From positions 448,001 to 512,000 of the forward strand of contig JABIAG010000001.1 of assembly GCA_018653365.1 (NCBI GenBank): a stretch of 64,000 bases of DNA, given 5' to 3'. Numbering within the stretch: position 1 is the first letter of the stretch; each line of letters opens with the position of its first letter. The position numbers and the translations under genes are program-made. The notes beneath the pieces are model-generated. The model was not told the DNA's origin and ran no database searches. It worked only from the letters and a program-made list of their open reading frames with translations. The stretch comes from Candidatus Woesearchaeota archaeon (GTDB taxonomy: Archaea > Nanobdellota > Nanobdellia > Woesearchaeales > JABIAG01). Shown here in pieces: positions 59,379-64,000 of this stretch.

Positions 59379-59695
59379 AAATAGCCTTGCTCTTTTTGTT
59401 TTTGTTATTAATGCCAGTTGTATTAGCAGAAATCGATTTTGACCAAGAATTAACAGATGAGGAAGAAGAACAATTTGACGCAATACTTGCCCCAGTAATG
59501 AAAATCTACAGTTTCATAAGGTACGCAGCAACAGTTATTGGAGTTTTAATGCTGGTGTTTGCAGGAATAACCTTTGTAACTGCAGGTGGAGAAATGGCCA
59601 AAAAAGAAAAAGCTAAGAACATAGCAACAGGAGTAATAATTGGCCTTATTGTAATCTGGGTAGCACCATTAATCGTCAAATATGTTTTTGGCTAA
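59375..59695 (+). CDS. VirB2/TrbC-like T4SS pilin
   Basis: Signal peptide, then TM-GITFVTAGG...KEKAK....VIIGL-TM pilin hairpin. Confidence 0.8.
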   Translation: MKIALLFLFLLLMPVVLAEIDFDQELTDEEEEQFDAILAPVMKIYSFIRYAATVIGVLMLVFAGITFVTAGGEMAKKEKAKNIATGVIIGLIVIWVAPLIVKYVFG

Positions 59696-59697
59696 AC

Positions 59698-61743
59698 ATG
59701 AAAAAAGCACTATTTGTTTTACTTTTAATAATAATCCCTTTAGCTAACGCTTTTGAATGTGAAACAACAACAGATAAAAATTATTGTGAAATTATACAAA
59801 GTTCTTCTTTAAGCGAAGTTGATAAAGACTCTTTTTATTCTGCTTTGCTTTATACCAATCATTCAGAACCAGATCATCGTTTTATAGAAGATTATAACCT
59901 TAATGTTATAGTTAATGATTCTCCTTTCGATGCTGAAGTTAAAAGCTCCAAATATATAAAGAATGCTTGGGTTTCTATATTTAGTGTTTTTCCTTCTGTT
60001 TATGAAAACACAACATTATATGTTCCAAACAAAATTAACGTATTAAGTAGTTATGATTATGAAATTGATTTACCAAATGATTATAGTGGTTCTTACCCTG
60101 ATACAAGTAATGGAGATTGTGCAAGAACATATGACCTTGTAAAGAACGAATACAGGTTTAAACAATCATTTAATGACGAACTTAAAAGTTCAAACAAACT
60201 AATAGAAGTTGACGTTAATATAGACGGCCAATTAAAAGCAGAGCTATCAATAGAAACAGAAGTAAAGATAAGTCAGTATCACTGGAAAAGATACTGTTGT
60301 GTAAGAGGAAAAGACGGTTGTAAAGAATACTGCCACAAATGCGACCAGTACAAAACAAGTTATGAAACAGATAATGTTGAAGTAGAAGAAACAAAAGATA
60401 TAACTTTATACATCAAAGATCCAAGTATAAAAATAAACTTTCTTGATTCTTATTACAATACAACAAAAGGTAATTTTACAGCTTCAGATTATACAAGCTT
60501 TATTATTAACTTTCCAAAATCATATGTTAAAAACAATTTGTACCGTTACGAAGTCATTTTTGAAAAAAAGCCACTATACTTTGCATATTTAAAAGCAAAA
60601 GAAATTAACCAAACAACACATAAAAACCTTTATCTCTCAGATAACACATTCTTTGTAAATAACGCAAGTTATTGTAATTATGTTATACAAGATTATTTTT
60701 CTAAAACTGAAGGTTTTGTTAATGTAGAAGTTGAAAGACAAGAATTAAAAAAATTAGAAACCGAAGAAAGAAACTTCAAGATTGCATTGCTCTTTAAGAT
60801 TTTAATTCTTATTGGTATTTGTTACGTTGTTTATGTTATACTTCGTTCCAAATTCAAAAAAGTTGGAATATTTGTTTTATTAATTCTAATTTGTTTGCCA
60901 ACAGTATTAGCAGAAGAAGAATGCGGATTAACAAACCTAGCATCATGCATCCCAGAAAAAATGTATGAATACTTCATTCACATACTCAATTTGCCATTAG
61001 CACCCCTTCTAGGGACCGTTTCTTCATTACTTACAGCAAACCCCTCAACAAACATCTTTTATCATCTGTGGGCAATTATGAGATATATTATAAGCTTCTT
61101 TTACGTATTCATCTTTATTTATGCAGGATACATTTTCTTAACTTCAAACGCAAACCCCATAAAAAGAGCACAAGCAAAAGAACTATTAAAAAACACATTC
61201 ATAATGATTGTACTGATCCAAGGATCTTTTTACTTATATGATTTAATATTATATTTAAGTAGTGTTATGAACAGTACAATAATCGGGATGATAGATCCTC
61301 ACTTTTTCATGCTTACAGCGGATAATCTATTAAATATTGGTTTGGAACTTGTATTCTCGGGAACTTATCTAATTGTGTTACTTTTCACAGTCATCTTATT
61401 GACCCTTCGCTTCATGCTAGTAAGCTTTGGAGTAGTACTCTTGCCCTTAAGCATATTTTGTTACTTCCTACCACCACTAAAACAATATGGAAAGTTTTTG
61501 CTGCACTTATTGGGTAGCTTCATATTCGTAACATTCTTAGACCTCTTGATAATTTTAGGATGCTCAATGCTAATCAATGTTCCACTATTTGAAAACTTCA
61601 AAATAGTAGTAATGATAGTATGCTTCATCCTCGTTGATTACACATTAATATTACTAATAAAATTTGCAATGAACGGAGCAAGTAACAACCCCATTAAAGA
61701 AGACCTTGGTCAGGCTATGAAATACGTGGCGTTGTTGGTTTGA
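59698..61743 (+). CDS. VirB6/TrbL-like polytopic membrane protein with large N-terminal extracellular domain
   Basis: Signal peptide, about 340-aa soluble domain, then multi-TM region with AGY.FLTS..NP.KR..AK, LRF.LV..GVVL.PL....YF.P. Confidence 0.7.
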   Translation: MKKALFVLLLIIIPLANAFECETTTDKNYCEIIQSSSLSEVDKDSFYSALLYTNHSEPDHRFIEDYNLNVIVNDSPFDAEVKSSKYIKNAWVSIFSVFPSVYENTTLYVPNKINVLSSYDYEIDLPNDYSGSYPDTSNGDCARTYDLVKNEYRFKQSFNDELKSSNKLIEVDVNIDGQLKAELSIETEVKISQYHWKRYCCVRGKDGCKEYCHKCDQYKTSYETDNVEVEETKDITLYIKDPSIKINFLDSYYNTTKGNFTASDYTSFIINFPKSYVKNNLYRYEVIFEKKPLYFAYLKAKEINQTTHKNLYLSDNTFFVNNASYCNYVIQDYFSKTEGFVNVEVERQELKKLETEERNFKIALLFKILILIGICYVVYVILRSKFKKVGIFVLLILICLPTVLAEEECGLTNLASCIPEKMYEYFIHILNLPLAPLLGTVSSLLTANPSTNIFYHLWAIMRYIISFFYVFIFIYAGYIFLTSNANPIKRAQAKELLKNTFIMIVLIQGSFYLYDLILYLSSVMNSTIIGMIDPHFFMLTADNLLNIGLELVFSGTYLIVLLFTVILLTLRFMLVSFGVVLLPLSIFCYFLPPLKQYGKFLLHLLGSFIFVTFLDLLIILGCSMLINVPLFENFKIVVMIVCFILVDYTLILLIKFAMNGASNNPIKEDLGQAMKYVALLV

Positions 61744-61808
61744 TTATATTTGTTAGTTCTTGAATAAACATTAGTGTTATTTTAATTAAACATAAAGTTT
61801 ATAAGGCT

Positions 61809-62225
61809 ATGTTGGATTCTGTTATTATGTTAAATTTCATAAATGAACTGATTATTAATAATGTAGATACTTTTGCAGTTATGTGCACAACATTATTTCT
61901 TATTATAATCGGAACGCCTCTGATTTCTTTCAAAGGGGGCATTCCCCGGATTGCTGGAGTTATAATTAGAAAAGGAAAATCAATCGCAGTAGCAGTCCTG
62001 TTAGCAATCATTATTTTTTTTGTAATTGCTCCTCTTTTAAATCTATTATTTAGATCTCTGATAAAGGCTTTTGTTGATTTTACAATACCTGTATTGATTG
62101 TTTTTGCAGGTCTAACTTTATGGGAGTGGGATAAAAAGATGCGATGGGATTATAAATGGTATTGGATCCCAGTTCTATTGGTAGGTATTTTGTTTGTTAT
62201 CCTTGAGATATTTTTAATAAATTAA
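61809..62225 (+). CDS. membrane protein
   Basis: 138 aa, about 4 TM segments. Confidence 0.6.
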   Translation: MLDSVIMLNFINELIINNVDTFAVMCTTLFLIIIGTPLISFKGGIPRIAGVIIRKGKSIAVAVLLAIIIFFVIAPLLNLLFRSLIKAFVDFTIPVLIVFAGLTLWEWDKKMRWDYKWYWIPVLLVGILFVILEIFLIN

Positions 62226-62381
62226 TAATACCCAAAGTTTGTTAATTAAATAATACGTAATACTGAAAAGAATAATGTATTTAGATATGAAAAGGCGAAG
62301 CCTCTTTTAGTTAATACATTAAGGGGAGTTCCTTTTATAAAATAGAAATATTTATAGTCCACATTGAATATCTTGATTATT

Positions 62382-64000
62382 GTGAAGAGACCGCTTAATC
62401 ATGTTAAAGAAACAGAATCTTTTGCCTATGTGGAAGATACTTTAAAAGAATGGGTGCCCAACAGATTAAATAATGATTATGGGATAGACTATGATATTCA
62501 AATATTTGAAAAAGAAGAAGGAACAGAATTAAATTTTGGAGCTCAAATAAAATCAACAGAATCATCAAATGTTGATAAAGAACACTACAAATATAGTTTA
62601 GATACAGAACACATTGACTATTTCTTCAAACAAAATAGGCCCATACTCTTAATAGTATATGATATTCCTAGTAAAAATGCTTTCTGGGTAGTAATGCAAG
62701 ATTATGTATGGGATGTCCTAAATAAAGAAAATCCTAATTGGTTAAATCAGAGATCATCAACAATCAAACTACCGCTTAGGAATCTGTTAACAGATAAGAA
62801 AGCAATCAAAATAGCTGTAAAGTCCTGTTTTAAACGAATCGCAGTAAAAAACTTCCATAATTTATCAATAGAAGATGGGTTGGGGCTAAATGAAACTTTA
62901 GAAGACATTGAAAAACTTAAAGCATTTGAAGAAAAAACTGAATATGTTCTAAACAATAAAAAAATACTCCTAGCACAAAAACTAGCAATTACTGGTGATT
63001 ATGAGACTGTATTCAAAAAATTAAATGAAGTTTACTCACAACAAAAAAATGATATTGCACATTTAAGAGCAATTATTGCACTTGTAACATATAGTAATAT
63101 TGCAATAGAAGAAGAAAACAAGAAATTAGTTCAATTAGCAGACGAAGGTCTAAAAATAGCAGAACTGCTTGATGAGAAAATCGGGTTTGCAATACTATTA
63201 GTCTATCGAGCACAAGCATTACACTTAACGCTCACAAGAAGAATAACAGAAAGTCTATATGCAAAAAAAGCAATGGGGCACATGGATATTGCATATATTA
63301 TAAACTTAGAATCAGATAAAAAGATAAAAGAATTAAATGAAGCACTCACTAAAGTAAGCCTTGAAGTAAGGGAAGCATTTAAAATCTTAATACAATCGCA
63401 AGATTACTTTACTCTCGCATATCTATTAACAATTAATTTACATATGACTACGATGACAATACAGCAGATAAGTGTGATTGTAGGGAAGGATAAATTCATA
63501 GATGAAATAAAACAAAAGGATATTCTAGCACAACATCTGATTAATTTGATAAAGGTATTCAATGACGAAACGCTTGAAATAAATATTAGAGAATCTGTAG
63601 CAAATTATTATTATTATACAAGGGGTGCAGAAGATGCACTAATAGTAATAGAACCTGCTTTAAAGATAGCAGAAAAATTAAAAGACCAACCACAATTCAA
63701 AAAGATTAAAATGATGATTAATACTTTCAAAGCCAGACCCGATCCATATCAGGTAGAAGATAGAAAATTTGAAGAACTTTCGATAAAAGAAGTAAAAGAA
63801 CTAACTATAAAGCATATAGAGTTAATGGGAGAAAATCTAAGTGATGGTTCAGACAATAGTAGTGCATTAAACTGGGGATTAAAAGATATGGATCCTGAAC
63901 CCTATCTTAAGACTTGCGAAGAGCTTCATATTCATTATTCAAGCACAAGTTACTTAGGACAAATGACTGGAGTTCATTCAATAGGATTTAAATTATTGTG
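62382..64000 (+). CDS. DUF4365 (restriction-endonuclease-fold) protein with helical C-terminus, 3' end off window
   Basis: Not in ORF track. GTG start MKRPLNHVKETES...NNDYGIDYDIQIFE...GAQIKST. Confidence 0.8.
   Translation, partial: MKRPLNHVKETESFAYVEDTLKEWVPNRLNNDYGIDYDIQIFEKEEGTELNFGAQIKSTESSNVDKEHYKYSLDTEHIDYFFKQNRPILLIVYDIPSKNAFWVVMQDYVWDVLNKENPNWLNQRSSTIKLPLRNLLTDKKAIKIAVKSCFKRIAVKNFHNLSIEDGLGLNETLEDIEKLKAFEEKTEYVLNNKKILLAQKLAITGDYETVFKKLNEVYSQQKNDIAHLRAIIALVTYSNIAIEEENKKLVQLADEGLKIAELLDEKIGFAILLVYRAQALHLTLTRRITESLYAKKAMGHMDIAYIINLESDKKIKELNEALTKVSLEVREAFKILIQSQDYFTLAYLLTINLHMTTMTIQQISVIVGKDKFIDEIKQKDILAQHLINLIKVFNDETLEINIRESVANYYYYTRGAEDALIVIEPALKIAEKLKDQPQFKKIKMMINTFKARPDPYQVEDRKFEELSIKEVKELTIKHIELMGENLSDGSDNSSALNWGLKDMDPEPYLKTCEELHIHYSSTSYLGQMTGVHSIGFKLL

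Larger units (their letters stand above)
42793..64000. mobile_element. putative integrated conjugative-type element (core; may begin near 38554, right end outside window)
   Basis: VirB4, pilin, VirB6-like, RHH/AbrB regulators, dcm, Type I R-M, DUF4365; no housekeeping genes. No integrase in window, so boundaries are unproven. Confidence 0.6.

Noticed and set aside
1-64000. Alternative genetic code or stop-codon reassignment
   Set aside because: Conserved genes are full length under the standard code, and TAA, TAG and TGA all terminate genes at expected positions.

Overview
AT-rich archaeal chromosome segment in the standard genetic code. It is most consistent with a DPANN lineage such as Woesearchaeota/Pacearchaeota, inferred from aIF2-gamma, Rpo11/RpoL, rpS6e, AMP phosphorylase, BHB-type tRNA introns and BRE/TATA promoters. 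The left part (about 1-38.5 kb) is backbone plus small islands. It holds trxB preceded by an unannotated 12-Cys metallothionein-like peptide, a free-standing LAGLIDADG endonuclease running into a tRNA-Leu(UAA) with two BHB introns (one at the non-canonical position 8/9), a 2-hydroxyacyl-CoA dehydratase pair, a radical-SAM/deaminase/radical-SAM/NUDIX operon, pyrG, a Cys-rich surface-protein operon, and a TrmB/solute-binding/methyltransferase module. The right part (about 38.5-64 kb) is accessory and looks like an integrated conjugative-type element. It carries a PrgI-VirB4 ATPase fused to a C-terminal PD-(D/E)xK-like nuclease domain, a VirB2-like pilin and a VirB6-like protein in an operon led by a Zn-finger C5 methyltransferase, RHH/AbrB-like regulators (one split at an A_AAA_AAG site), a Type I R-M system extended by Trypco2-like and DUF2779 genes, Nmad3 and DUF4365. 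No CRISPR array, rRNA, integrase or transposase is seen. All family assignments are motif recognition by eye, not database searches.
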